The notes: generated from the letters alone by a model not told the origin. Shown: positions 26,231-38,560, counted from the first letter of the whole stretch. The stretch is DNA of 63,310 bases, filler included, from Lenisia limosa (GCA_001655205.1; 16 parts of 16 records of this genome joined end to end with filler, not necessarily neighbours in it); one strand, 5' to 3'. A program made the numbers and translations.

Positions 26231-26523
26231 GGATTTTTTACGTTGTACTGTTTTAAGAGTTCTGATGGGAAGTTTTATGTCGGAAAGACCAATTTTCTCG
26301 CAAGGCGAGTTGCCGAGCATAACCGCTTACGGAGTGGTTGGGCGCCGCAACTGCTGGACGCCAATGAACAGCGTTCGTTGTAATAAGGCCAATATTTGGA
26401 AATTGGGCTGCTCTTGAGATTGAGGGGTTTCTCCAGAAGCATATACCCAGGTTGGGTTTTTCAAAAACAAACTCAAGCTGTCCGGGAATTTTGTCTGGAG
26501 CTTTGAGGACTCACATATATTAA
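26231..26523 (+). pseudogene. SLX1-like GIY-YIG endonuclease domain, frameshifted and with a premature stop
   Basis: FFTLYCFKSSDGKFYVGKTNFLARRVAEHN, then in a shifted frame GAATAGRQ*TAFVVIRPIFGNWAALEIEGFLQKH; colinear with the SLX1 motifs FFGVY..YVG.T...RR..QHN..GGA..T.GR.PW.....AAL.FE. Confidence 0.7.
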
Positions 26524-26783
26524 CTATTATTATCACAAGTAAATATCATTTTCCTTAAACTGATATTCCCCTCTAATCAGATGGTACCGACCAAGGTCAT
26601 ATGCTGGACGGTCTTGGGCTTGCGCCAGAGACTCCTTGAAGATCACAACTTTAGCCTCGAATGGTTAACGGTGCACTTAAGANNNNNNNNNNNNNNNNNN
26701 NNNNNNNNNNNNNNNNNNNNNNNNNNTTAATTAATTAANNNNNNNNNNNNNNNNNNNNNNNNNNNNNNNNNNNNNNNNNNNNG

Positions 26784-27105
26784 AAGCCATAGGAATACCG
26801 TACGGTGCTAATTCCCTGTCTAGGTACTTGGAGAAACGCTTGTTGAAACGCTCTTCGATGAGGGGCTTGAGACCCTGGCACTGGTGAGAGAGTTGGGCAA
26901 TATCCATGAATTGCATGTTGTTGCTAACGAACTCCTGCATGTCTCCATCTCACCAAGTTAACTTACACCTGAAGGTTATGGAGCGTTACGTCAGTGGGCA
27001 CTACCCAAGTGGTGAAGCCTTCCTTCAGGACGTTCGACGACCTTTAGCCACGGCTTTCTTCCCCTCTGCCCATGACCTCTTCTTCCATGTACGCTTTGGG
27101 CTTCA
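26784..27105 (-). pseudogene. Intronless decayed ORF of unknown family (..MQEFVSNNMQFMDIAQLSHQCQGLKPLIEERFNKRFSKYLDRELAPYGIPM)
   Basis: GC-richer, coding-like codon use; upstream stops and a frameshift. Confidence 0.3.
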
Positions 27106-27176
27106 CTTATAAATTTGAGTCTTAAATTCCCCCTTTTCACCCCCAGGTAATGTTAGAACTACTCTCACAACTGTTG

Positions 27177-27207
<31 letters not shown>

Positions 27208-29437
27208 GTTTTGTTTTCACATTACATCAAAAGTTGTTTTTTACAATATCATTTTCCCTTTTCACCCCCCCCCCCNNNNNNNNNNNNNNNNNNNNNNNNN
27301 NNNNNNNNNNNNNNNNNNNNNNNNNNNNNNNNNNNNNNNNNNNNNNNNNNNNNNNNNNNNNNNNNNNNNNNNNNNNNNNNNNNNNNNTCAGCCCTCCTCA
27401 CTATCCACAGCCTTCTGCTGGCTTCGGCAAAGGCGGGATGCCTACCTCCTTCGGGTACGTGGGGGGGTAAAATTGGGGAAATTATGAAATAAAAAAAAGC
27501 CCAAATCAACATAATACACCCAAGGGTTGATAGCGACAAAACAAAGCGGATCAAGAGAGAGAGGAAAATTGAAAAATTATGAAACAAAAAAGCCCAAGGA
27601 GGAGGGTGGGAGTAATGTGATATGGGTACATAGCATNNNNNNNNNNNNNNNNNNNNNNNNNNNNNNNNNNNNNNNNNNNNNNNNNNNNNNNNNNNNNNNN
27701 NNNNNNNNNNNNNNNNNNNNNNNNNNNNNNNNNNNNNNNNNNNNNNNNNNNNNNNNNNNNNNNNNNNNNNNNNNNNNNNNNNNNNNNNNNNNNNNNNNNN
27801 NNNNNNNNNNNNNNNNNNNNNNNNNNNNNNNNNNNNNNNNNNNNNNNNNNNNNNNNNNNNNNNNNNNNNNNNNNNNNNNNNNNNNNNNNNNNNNNNNNNN
27901 NNACGGTCTTATTTGAACCGAAATGAAGCCCTAAATAATACTAACCATCCCTCCAGGCATATCCTTTATTTACTCACCAAAGTAGTATTAGCCACGAATG
28001 CAAAACAGATTATCATGCGTCCTATAACCACACCGTCCAGGCCTATCATGCGTCATATAATCACACCGTCCAGGCCTATCATGCGTCCGTGCCGCCGGAA
28101 AGAACATCAATGGGCCCCTGGGTGCCCTGGCGGTTAAGTGTCTGGATGCGGCCGTCTACGTTGATCGCACCAGGTACCCCCAGGTTCTTGTAAATTGTTT
28201 ATTTATTTGTTTTAATTTGTTTATTTTGTTTTGATTTTTGTTGGAGTGAAACCCCGCATTTCATATTATTTGTTTCACTTTTTTTTTAGATGCAACCTCC
28301 CCTTTTTTTTGCAGTATATGATATACTAAGCTGTTTCATACAGTGTAGTATTTTACCCATTCAGCGTGGCTGGTATTACAATCCCACTCGAAGAGACCGA
28401 AGAAGACATGGAGGTATTCATGGGGATGTGTAGGGCTTCATTCCGATCCATAATATGACCGAAAATCTCCATAAATCATCGATATATTTCGAAAGTTATC
28501 AATCTTTTTAATATCATCGGAGATGTGCATTGGGTATGTGAGAAAGATCACACAGACACACACACACATCCATCCTTACTTCGCTGGAGTGATTGGATGC
28601 GGTGCTGCAGAAGCGACTTGCCTGGACTTTGTTTGTTTTTCTGTTATCAACTCTCGTGTGTTTTCAGCCAACANNNNNNNNNNNNNNNNNNNNNNNNNNN
28701 NNNNNNNNNNNNNNNNNNNNNTTGATTTGGGCTCTTTTTGTTTCATAAATTTTCCTATTGTACTCAACCCGTAAGAAGCGACTGGCGCGGGCTTTGTTTT
28801 TGTTTTTTTTTGTTTTTGTTCTTAACCCTGGTGTGTGACTAGCCAACACAGTTGAATTACGGCTTTTTTTTTTTGTCTTATAAATTTTCCGATCCTCACC
28901 CCCCTCAGATAGGGCGGCAGATCCGGAACCATAGCGGAGGAGCCAGACGGGCCAAAGCAACGCTGAAAAAGGTGGGTGAGACGGGCATAGAGACACCCCA
29001 TGTTATTTTATTAAATCAAAAAATAATTAAAAGATGTGGGGGTACAAAAGCAACAGTGAAAATAAAATAAAAAGTGGCCATGTTATTATTAAATAATTTC
29101 TTGGTTTTCAATACCATATTTACCACTTTTTTTTTTTTTNNNNNNNNNNNNNNNNNNNNNNNNNNNNNNNNNNNNNNNNNNNNTTAATTAATTAANNNNN
29201 NNNNNNNNNNNNNNNNNNNNNNNNNNNNNNNNNNNNNNNAAAAAAAGGTTGAATCTGCATCACGCTTATAAGAGATTGTGATTTATAGTATAATATCAAT
29301 TCACCCAATCATTTGCCTTACAACTCTCAATAAGAATAAGAATAAGAATAAGAATAATAATAATAATAATAATAACAATAGGAATAACAGACAATTATAG
29401 GTAATAGTAATAATAAAAACAATAATCCCCCGCGCAC

Positions 29438-30504
29438 TCGGACCAATCGCGGGGCCTCATTTTGGCTAACGGTTCCAAGGGCCTCAATGTGCAAAGAGGC
29501 CATTTCAAAGTCATCCATGGTAGCGGCGGTTGTCAGGTTGAAGGATTGGGAGGAGGGAAGGGTCACGGGAAGTTCAATTACCTAAAAAAAGGGGGGTAAA
29601 AAGGAAAAATTAAGGAAATAAAAAATCCCAAAGGTGGGTAAAACGAAGGAAATTTCAACGAAGAATAATGCCGTAAAGGACTGAATAATCTGAACCCAAA
29701 CAAACAAAAACAAAAAAGAAAGCAATAACAAATACGAGCAACCAAAGCTAAAACAAAACCAGGTGTCAAAAACACAAAACAAAGCCCGAGCCTATGAAGA
29801 GTCCCACCACCGTAAGTAAAACGAAGGGAATTCCACAAATATATCCCCCCTCCAAAGTTAACCATTACTCCTGGGCTTTGATTGTTTTATTGTTATCAAC
29901 CCTCGTGTGATATCAGCCAAAAGGGTTAATTTCGGGCTTTTTTTTTGTTCTCTCTTTTCTCCTCGCTCCATTTTTACTCCCTGGAGTGCTAGAAGCGACT
30001 GGCCTGGGCTTTGATTGTTTGTTGTTATTCAGCCCTCGTGTGTTGTCAGNNNNNNNNNNNNNNNNNNNNNNNNNNNNNNNNNNNNNNNNNNNNNNNNNNN
30101 NNNNNNNNNNNNNNNNNNNNNNNNNNNNNNNNNNNNNNNNNNNNNNNNNNNNNNNNNNNNNNNNNNNNNNNNNNNNNNNNNNNNNNNNNNNNNNNNNNNN
30201 NNNNNNNNNNNNNNNNNNNNTATGTATTTAAATCTTTCCCTAGATTTCTAATAGTATATATTATTTCTCTTAAAAAAAACCCACAAACCGGGGATGGGAG
30301 GGTGAGGGAGTTCCAGAGCATAGGAAGGAAGAAGATGGAAAGCAGAAATAGTGCGGTAAAACGCAGTCGCAGAAGAATCAAATAGAGCCCGCTGAGCGCG
30401 CCGATGAGCAGCGATGACGCCATAAGGAGAAGGTATAACATGGAGAGGACAACGAGCGTCGCCTCCCGTCGTCTTTGTTGCCAATTGTCCTTTTCTTCGA
30501 GAAC
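29438..30504 (-). CDS. Two exons of a membrane protein (hydrophobic segments TLVVLSMLYLLLMASSLLIGALSGLYLILL and FTALFLLSIFFLPMLW)
   Basis: Phase-0 exons 30289-30504 and 29438-29581, AG/GT bounded. Confidence 0.5.
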
Positions 30505-31091
30505 CTGGCGAGTAAAATTAGAGAATGTATGAAACAAAAAAGCCCAAGGGGGGGGGGGGGNNNNNNNNNNNNNNNNNNNNNNNNNNNNNNNNNNNNNNNN
30601 NNNNNNNNNNNNNNNNNNNNNNNNNNNNNNNNNNNNNNNNNNNNNNNNNNNNNNNNNNNNNNNNNNNNNNNNNNNNNNNNNNNNNNNNNNNNNNNNNNNN
30701 NNNNNNNNNNNNNNNNNNNNNNNNNNNNNNNAAAAAGGCCGATTCTTCTATCATGTTAATGGGGTTGCAATTTACTATTGGGCCCCTTTTTTAAGGATAA
30801 TGGGTTTGCTGGAGATGCGCGTGTTAATAAAAGTGTTCGTTATTATGAACACTTCCCTAAGGTTAATGAGATTTTAAACTCTGTCATTTCACTCCGGTCA
30901 AANNNNNNNNNNNNNNNNNNNNNNNNNNNNNNNNNNNNNNNNNNNNTTAATTAATTAANNNNNNNNNNNNNNNNNNNNNNNNNNNNNNNNNNNNNNNNNN
31001 NNACCCCCCCGTGATTAGTACCTTAACGCCAATATTCTTCACCAAAAATTTCCAATTTTACCATCGAAATTGCCTTCGTTCCCCCCCATAC

Positions 31092-31232
31092 CGGAACCGA
31101 TCAGCCGCTGCGGTATGACATGCTGTCGGATCTCGGGAATGTCGTCCTGGAGCTTCGTCTGCGACCGGAGGGACTTCTTCAACGGAGTTCCCGACGCTCT
31201 TGATGACCGCTTTCGACTGGGTGTGGCCGGCG
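31092..31232 (-). CDS. Possible exon entering a protein kinase domain (..KLQDDIPEIRQHVIPQRLIGS|G)
   Basis: Open frame ending at a gtatgg donor in what resembles subdomain I (IGxG); the rest is not visible. Confidence 0.3.
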
Positions 31233-32418
31233 NNNNNNNNNNNNNNNNNNNNNNNNNNNNNNNNNNNNNNNNNNNNNNNNNNNNNNNNNNNNNNNNNNNN
31301 NNNNNNNNGCTTTGCGATGGACGCTGGGACCCTGACGCTGATGTTCAGGAACAAGAAGCCCTGGCTTCACTTTCCTCCTCCAAAAATGTTTTCAACCAAA
31401 AAAGAAATGTAATGTAGTCTGAGGTGAGGAGGCTTTGGTTCGAGGAGAGAGGATCAGAGCAGGTTCGAATATGCGGGGAGAGCACCCACGTCGGCTTCAA
31501 ACAGCTCAAACGGTTAAAAATCAATTATCACTCTGTTAACGGAATAGGCAGGAAAAGATGGAGGCCGCCAGCAGCGAATAGTTTGAAGAAAAGAGAATTA
31601 CATTTGTAGCATTAATTACATGATATTTCAGATTTCCCTTTCTTTCCACTTTCTTCTTTCCTTTCCTTCTTTCATCCACCTCACACTGATAGATTGATAG
31701 TTTCACAAAACAAAATTTGAACTAATATAGTTAAAAAAGTTTCTGAGTGGTTGAGTAGTTTTAGATATGTTGTGGGTGGCAGTGTTCTTGCTGCTTCTCA
31801 ATGGGGTGTTCTCCAATCCCATTTCGTAGGCGGGGGATACAGAGGAGATGCAGAGGTATAAGCACCGTTGAGAAGATGGATATATACATTAAGGACTTCT
31901 TCGCATGTAAATAAGATGATATACTTGTCATATATTTCTACTTCAGAGTTGGCTTTGTCTTGACCTCTTTAGCATGACGGAAGAAGGCATTCAACTCAAA
32001 CTTCGTGAGGCAACGGAATCATATCATGCCGTTCAAAATGTGGGCTTGATTCTTGCACCTGTCTTGTTGCTTGTATATCGGTTTAGTTCCTAACTATTTA
32101 GGGCGCATTTATGGAGCTAATGCAAAGTGANNNNNNNNNNNNNNNNNNNNNNNNNNNNNNNNNNNNNNNNNNNNNNNNNNNNNNNNNNNNNNNNNNNNNN
32201 NNNNNNNNNNNNNNNNNNNNNNNNNNNNNNNNNNNNNNNNNNNNNNNNNNNNNNATTTGGCATACTTACATATACATGTATGTAATTGTTCAGTAAATTG
32301 TTAAGTAAGAACAAAGCGCCATGGAAAGTATTACTTTCTCAACTATTCACCAAATGTTGTTTCATTGTTTTTAATCAAAGTTACACTTAGAATAAAGATA
32401 AAAAAAAACTCACACCAG

Positions 32419-33209
32419 AAATGACGTGTTTGCTGGACAGTCCGGTAGCCGGAGACGGCGTCTTCATCACGGTCACACAGCGATCAAGAGATCTCACTGG
32501 CGTCCTGGCCGATATCAGCGTTTCGGTTGGCGCATTGGGATACCCGGGTGCTTGCAGCGACTCTGACACAACAGGGCTCCTGTCCCGAGGGCTTTGTCCT
32601 CAACGTTCCGAAGACTACGGGTGTACAGTGCACTTTTGCTGCCGGCTGGGTGGACGGGCCGACTTGTGACCCAGGTATCGGTAAATGCAGGTTATTTCTA
32701 GCTTCACTTCGGTTCAAAAAAAACTGGTAGAATATCGATAGTTTTCGAGGATTTATCGAGAAATTCAGTCTTTTTTCGAACCGAAGTGAAGCCCTAGTTA
32801 TTTCCATTTTCATCATTATTGACTTTTTTCCCCCTGTTACTTTGCAGTCACATGCAACAACGCGATTTCTGACACCATCACCGCCACCAACTGCACAGCA
32901 GGTGATGTGGGGTTGTTCGTGACAGACATGTCCTCCCGTTGATCCCAGGTCCCGTTGAAGCAACACTGGGATGATGCGCAGCGTCATGCTGGCGGTTAAA
33001 CTGGCATTCTTTTGTATAGAGCAAGAAAAATACTTAAATTTAAGTAATCTAGGAAAGAAAAAAGAAAACTTCCGTGACGTAAACACAATACCTTACACTT
33101 CTGTGCCTGTACCGCTTCAAACACCTCCCATTCTGACCCCATAGAAGGCAGCACTGCCTACGGTGAGGCTTGCGCCCTGCAGTGCACTGAGTCTGTTGCA
33201 TCAACCGGT
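32419..33209 (+). pseudogene. Cys-rich sushi/CCP-like surface protein gene, frameshifted
   Basis: GACSDSDTTG/SCPEGFVLNV..VQCTFAAGWVDGPTCDP, VTCNNAISDTITATNCTAG and CTASNTSHSDPIEGSTAYGEACALQC; +1 shift at about 32575 and a TGA in the next exon. Confidence 0.5.
32699..32796. mobile_element. hAT-type MITE family A (intronic)
   Basis: Perfect TSD gttatttc. Confidence 0.9.
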
Positions 33210-33686
33210 AGGATGGTGTGTTTTCAGGATGTCTTCCTTCTCTGTAGAGTTGTAAGACAAGAGGCTTCGTGAAGTCGGTTTCTATACATTTCGACAGCTT
33301 TGACCAAAGTCAAGCTTATTATACATGCCATTAGTACATCATATTGGACATTTTTCTCATATTTATCATTGCCTTTTCTTCATATTTAGTGATGGGCTGC
33401 GGTGCTGCAGAAGCGACTNNNNNNNNNNNNNNNNNNNNNNNNNNNNNNNNNNNNNNNNNNNNNNNNNNNNNNNNNNNNNNNNNNNNNNNNNNNNNNNNNN
33501 NNNNNNNNNNNNNNNNNNNNNNNNNNNNNNNNNNNNNNNNNNNNNNNNNNNNNNNNNNNNNNNNNNNNNNNNNNNNNNNNNNNNNNNNNNNNNNNNNNNN
33601 NNTGGAATATGATGTGGTAAACTTCATTGAATAGAATATTCCATCCTCTTAAAACAAATAAAACATGTTTTTCTAGGGCTTACCAG

Positions 33687-33874
33687 CAGGGCTTCACTAA
33701 TGTCTCGATAAATCCTCGAAAACTATCAGTATTTTCCCTGGGTTTTTTGAACGGAAGTGAAGCCCTCTTACGAGATCAACAGTGTTCCCTACGGTCCCGA
33801 AAAAGACCGAATTTCTCGATAAATCCTAAAAATATCGATATTATTGGTCTTTTTCGTACCGAAGGGAAGCCCTA
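33687..33874. mobile_element. Two adjacent family A MITEs (33687-33766 and subfamily 2 at 33780-33874)
   Basis: First copy has TSD cttaccag/cttacgag. Confidence 0.8.
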
Positions 33875-34799
33875 GTTCTCCACACATCATATTTTGACTA
33901 ACACCTACAGAGCGAACTTTACGGGGATGCGGCACATCGCATGCGTCTTACTATAATCTGGGAGGACCGGTAGGACNNNNNNNNNNNNNNNNNNNNNNNN
34001 NNNNNNNNNNNNNNNNNNNNTTAATTAATTAANNNNNNNNNNNNNNNNNNNNNNNNNNNNNNNNNNNNNNNNNNNNAATGCTTCAGTAGGAAGGGGGGGG
34101 GGTGAATTTGCAGAATTGAGCTTTTGTTATTCAAACTATGATGTTGTATAATAATATACTTGGCTTCAATTTCTTTTCCAAAAGCCAGATAAGAAATCCA
34201 TCTCCACATTCAAACTTTTCCCGTTTTGTTCCATGTTGCTTCAATTTTAAATGTTTTTCTCATTTACTCCAGACTCCTTACATCTTTGGCCGATATCGGT
34301 ATCACAGCTTCACATTGCTCACAAACTGATGATCAGCGCTGTGGGGGGGGGGGTNNNNNNNNNNNNNNNNNNNNNNNNNNNNNNNNNNNNNNNNNNNNNN
34401 NNNNNNNNNNNNNNNNNNNNNNNNNNNNNNNNNNNNNNNNNNNNNNNNNNNNNNNNNNNNNNNNNNNNNNNNNNNNNNNNNNNNNNNNNNNNNNNNNNNN
34501 NNNNNNNNNTTTATTTTTTATTGTTATTTTATTTTTTGGGGGGAGGGTCTGTAGCACTTTTTTTCGTATAAAGGGGGAACGGGTAAATGTTTATATCATA
34601 TATTGGAGAACGAAGATTTCAAAGAAATAGTGAACCTTCTCCTCTATCTCCAACGCTTTGTTAGATTCACTCTCCGTGGCCGGCCCCTCTTCCCAGCATC
34701 TAACACCCGTAATTGTCAAGACGCTGAATTTGGGTTTCTCATGCATCCAGGTTAGTGGTTATTCAAAGACTTACCATTAGATGCGGAATATTTTCATCT

Positions 34800-36643
34800 T
34801 TTAGATCTCCAAAAACCTTCCATCCAGCCTTCCATCTTCAGACCTTTCCCGGGACGTGCTAATGGGTTCTGCTGCTCAGATCTCTGATCATTCTATAAAT
34901 GTAAATTTGGGGGGGAGGGGTCATTCGGGGCTTGTTTCTTCCTTTGTGTGTGTTGCTACGTAACATATTCTGTTATGTATGATAAACCATTTTTTGTTGT
35001 TCTTTCTTAATTTAAGTACTTCATCAGTGTTTTTCTGAATTGAAAAGTTCTAGATTTGATTTCACTTTATTCCGTTTTTTGGCTTATAAAAGCACATCTA
35101 GTAGATCTCTTAATTTGTCGTGTTTCACCCTTTGTAGGTAGCTTTATTGGCTTTCTCCCCACTTGAACCGAATAACCTGGTAAGGGGAATTGATTAGAAC
35201 GGTAGGGCTTCCCTGATATATTTCGATAGTTTTGTGAGATTTTTTTTTTTATCTGAGTGAAACTCTATTCAGAAGCAGAAGAAAAGCCTTACTTTTCCCG
35301 TTAACATTTAATGATGTGTATTGTGTATTATTGTCTAACCCTTGATTTTTTTTTCTTGCGCTCAAAAAATCACCAATTCCAGACGACCGTGATCGACCTT
35401 GTCAAATCCATAGCGTTGCTACCTCAGAATTTCATGGTAGGCTTTTGTTCTCTTTTTGTTTACGTTTTTTTTTAAAATAATTCTCGGCGATTTTCTGTTT
35501 TGGAAAGGATTTTTCTTCAGAATTTCACTATGTCACTCCCCTATTTTTGGTCTGGAAATGATGGCGAAGTCTCACCTTGTTGTAGGACCTAAACGAAAAA
35601 CAGCAACTCAACTTGCTCACGTCCCCTTTTCATGATAGTCCTGTGGGGGGGATTTTGAATTTTAATGGTGGGGGGAGGGCGCTTTCATTTTTTTTGAGCA
35701 AAATATACGAAAGTAGAAATCTAGGGAAACAAATTAGTATTTTGGGATACCATAAACAAATTACCTACTTCCGCACCCACGCATTTTAATGGGGTGGGTG
35801 ATGGATTTGAATTTTGTATATTATGTGGGGGTGGAGTGGTCCCTTCGATCCAAAGATTTGCTATTCATTCACGATGTTAAATTGATGTCTTGCCGAAGCG
35901 TGAATCAGGGGTAGGGCCTCACTTTGGTTCGAAATATACCAGCAAAATATCGATAGTTTTCGAGGATTTGTCGAAAAAATATGTCTTTTTTTTGAACCGA
36001 AGTGAAGCCCTAATCAGTGGTAAAGCGTGTCTTTGGGAATGCTTGATAATAATTCAATAAATACCGAGACTTATTGAAAGCTTCTTTTGGAACCGAAAGT
36101 GGCTATTGGACTTTGTGGGGAGGACCATCCAAGCAGGCACGTGTAACTCCCTTCCCATCCCCTATTTTTGTATTGACAAGATTCATAGGGACTCCGTACA
36201 CAATGTGTATTGTTTGAATTTGTCTCCTTTTAATCTTACAATTTTTCCTTCAAAAGGGGCCTCTTTTAACTCTTTAGGTGATTTCATCGTTGGAATCCGA
36301 GTTTCAGCTCATGTCTGTCAAAACTGGTGACAGAAATGTTGACGATCTTGTCAGAAATGTTGATGGAAATAACAGCAACGAAAACGAGAAGCCCCTAGTC
36401 CGGGTAGTTGCCACCAAGCTCCTCCGCTCGCCTCCCACCATTCTCAAGTCTCTTGTGAGTAGGGCTTCACTTTTGTTCGAAAAATACCGGTAAATTATCG
36501 ATAATAATTTCTGAATATATATCGAGAAATTGAGTCTTTTTTCGAAACGAAGTGAAGACTTACTTGAGTTCGCTGAACTTCGAACTTCTTCCATTGTTAA
36601 CTTCCTTAGATATGTCCCTCTTGCAGCGGCCCCCTCTTTCTCG
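34800..36643 (+). CDS. Multi-exon gene of unknown function (e.g. TTVIDLVKSIALLPQNFM; DLNEKQQLNLLTSPFHDSP; VISSLESEFQLMSVKTGDRN..TKLLRSPPTILKSL)
   Basis: Series of phase-0 AG/GT-bounded open exons. Confidence 0.4.
35912..36012. mobile_element. hAT-type MITE family A
   Basis: TSD atcagggg/atcagtgg. Confidence 0.88.
36460..36562. mobile_element. hAT-type MITE family A, 5 nt after a splice donor
   Basis: TIRs; left TSD cttgtgag overlaps the donor. Confidence 0.85.
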
Positions 36644-37169
36644 GTATGAAATGATCAATCTTGCTTTTATTTATGATACCCCCTTCTCTTTTCTGCATTC
36701 TTGACCTTTCTACCAATTTACTTGTGTTTTATTTTTGTGAGTCCCCTTTTTTTTACCCCCCCCCCCNNNNNNNNNNNNNNNNNNNNNNNNNNNNNNNNNN
36801 NNNNNNNNNNNNNNNNNNNNNNNNNNNNNNNNNNNNNNNNNNNNNNNNGACATTTTTGAGTCGCAATTAGCCCCGTCGGCGTTGAAGGTAGCTTTGCTGG
36901 TCCTAATTTAGCTGATTATTTGTTACGTGAGTACCTACAAAATGTACTATTCTCGTCTCTAATGTCTTCTTACCATATTAGGAAGTTATCTCCTACATTC
37001 CCCTCAACGCTACTCCCTTGGCTCTTTCTGCCCTCTTCCATCCCAATGAAGTTTCTTGGAGGAACATACCTGATGATGTAAGGGGAATGTCACTGTCGGT
37101 TTGAGAAAATGTGAATTTTCGATAAATTCATAAGTTCCACATCAATAATTTACCCACTTTTGCGATCTT

Positions 37170-37300
37170 TACTTTGATGGGATGCGGTGCTTCAGAAGCG
37201 ACTGACCTGGCCTTGGTTTGTTTTATTGTTATCAACCATCATGTGTTGTCGTCAGCCAACAGGGGCTTTTTTTGTTTCATAAATTTTCCAATTTTACCCC
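37170..37300 (+). repeat. Interspersed repeat family B; copies at about 6151, 8205(-), 27470(-), 28590, 29860, 29984, 33387, 39255, 41955, 42120(-), 47731(-) and 63180(-)
   Basis: Shared gatgggatgcggtgctgcagaagcgact..gggctttgtttgt..ttatcaacc..tcagccaaca..gggcttttttgtttcataaattttcc. Confidence 0.8.
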
Positions 37301-37564
37301 CCCTCCCCATCAGCCTGAAACGCTGCCTGCAGTGTCAGACTTTCGGAGTTGGCAGAATGCATGTCGACCTTTTTCTGTCGAATGCTGTGTCCGAGTTGGG
37401 GGGTATTAAGGGGCAAGGATGTTATTGGTCGCTTGTAATGATAATAATACTCACCCCCCCCCCCNNNNNNNNNNNNNNNNNNNNNNNNNNNNNNNNNNNN
37501 NNNNNNNNTTAATTAATTAANNNNNNNNNNNNNNNNNNNNNNNNNNNNNNNNNNNNNNNNNNNN

Positions 37565-38560
37565 TCGGCACAGTGTGTGAGGTGACTTGCCCCTCCTCAA
37601 GCAAGGTGTATTCGGTGCGCGTTTGTGATAGTGGAACGGCTTCGGCCAGATAAACTTGTTTTATTTCTTTTATGTTCATATAGATGTAGTATGTATTATC
37701 ATCCAATATCTCTTATCAGCGTGACACCTTGGTATTTTGAGAAACATCAAAATACATTCATGTATAGTATATCGATATATACATGTATATAATACATGTT
37801 TCCCTTGATTTTAGATTTTGTTTTCTTATTCTCTTCATTCCACAGACCTGCCAACAAAACGGACACTTTTCCGAATTTTCATGTCCAGGTATTGATGGGG
37901 TAATATGTCATAATATATATTATAGCTATTAGAGCTCCGGGCATTAATAGTATTACTATTTTTAATAGTACATGATATATATATAGCTAAATATTATATT
38001 ATTATACGATATAGTACACAAATATATTATTATTCATTCATCTGAGCTCTACTTGCTATGTATAATATCTATCGAGCTTGTTGCTTATTAATACCTGCAG
38101 GATCACTGAGCGTTTGTGGCGATGGTGGAGAGTACAGCCTTGGCACGGTTTGGGGGTGGCTTGTATTACTATTGAAATAGTGCTTTTGTTTCTCATATAT
38201 GTTTATCAAAACTATAGACCTATCACAGGCCTATCATAGTGGGGTGTTTTTACATTTTTTGATTATTTGCGAGGATTTTTTATTGCAATTATTTATGCAG
38301 GAGTTTAATATTTTTAAAGCACATTGACCTTGTTTAATTTTTTGTTGTTGAGAACACAATACCTGTGCTCCTTACTCTTGATTAGTAAATTTCTTTCGTT
38401 TTATTTTTATTTTATTCCTTTCTTTATCTTTGTTTTGTCATATCTTCTTTCTCTTCCCTAAATAATTAAGGACAGTAATTTATGTTTTATTCCCTTAAGG
38501 GTACCACAACAGACGTTTTCGGGTCGACAGTTACCCTCACCACCAGCGAAGGTCAGCGAA
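37565..38560 (+). CDS. Exons of a second sushi-like Cys-rich surface protein (GTVCEVTCPSSSKVYSVRVCDSG; TCQQNGHFSEFSCP)
   Basis: C-x3-C spacing and the TC..NG.F motif typical of CCP modules; exon boundaries partly resolved. Confidence 0.4.

Noticed and set aside
24976-26523. Stop-codon reassignment to explain in-frame TGA/TAG
   Set aside because: Conserved genes (UTP20, USP, Prp4 exon, RING, DNAAF5) have no in-frame stops and end in TGA; the same regions also contain frameshifts, so decay fits better.
22720-32580. Programmed +1 frameshifting or RNA editing to explain frameshifts at about 22730 and 32575
   Set aside because: No shared slippery motif, other lesions lie nearby, and an apparent third case in DNAAF5 vanished on recounting.
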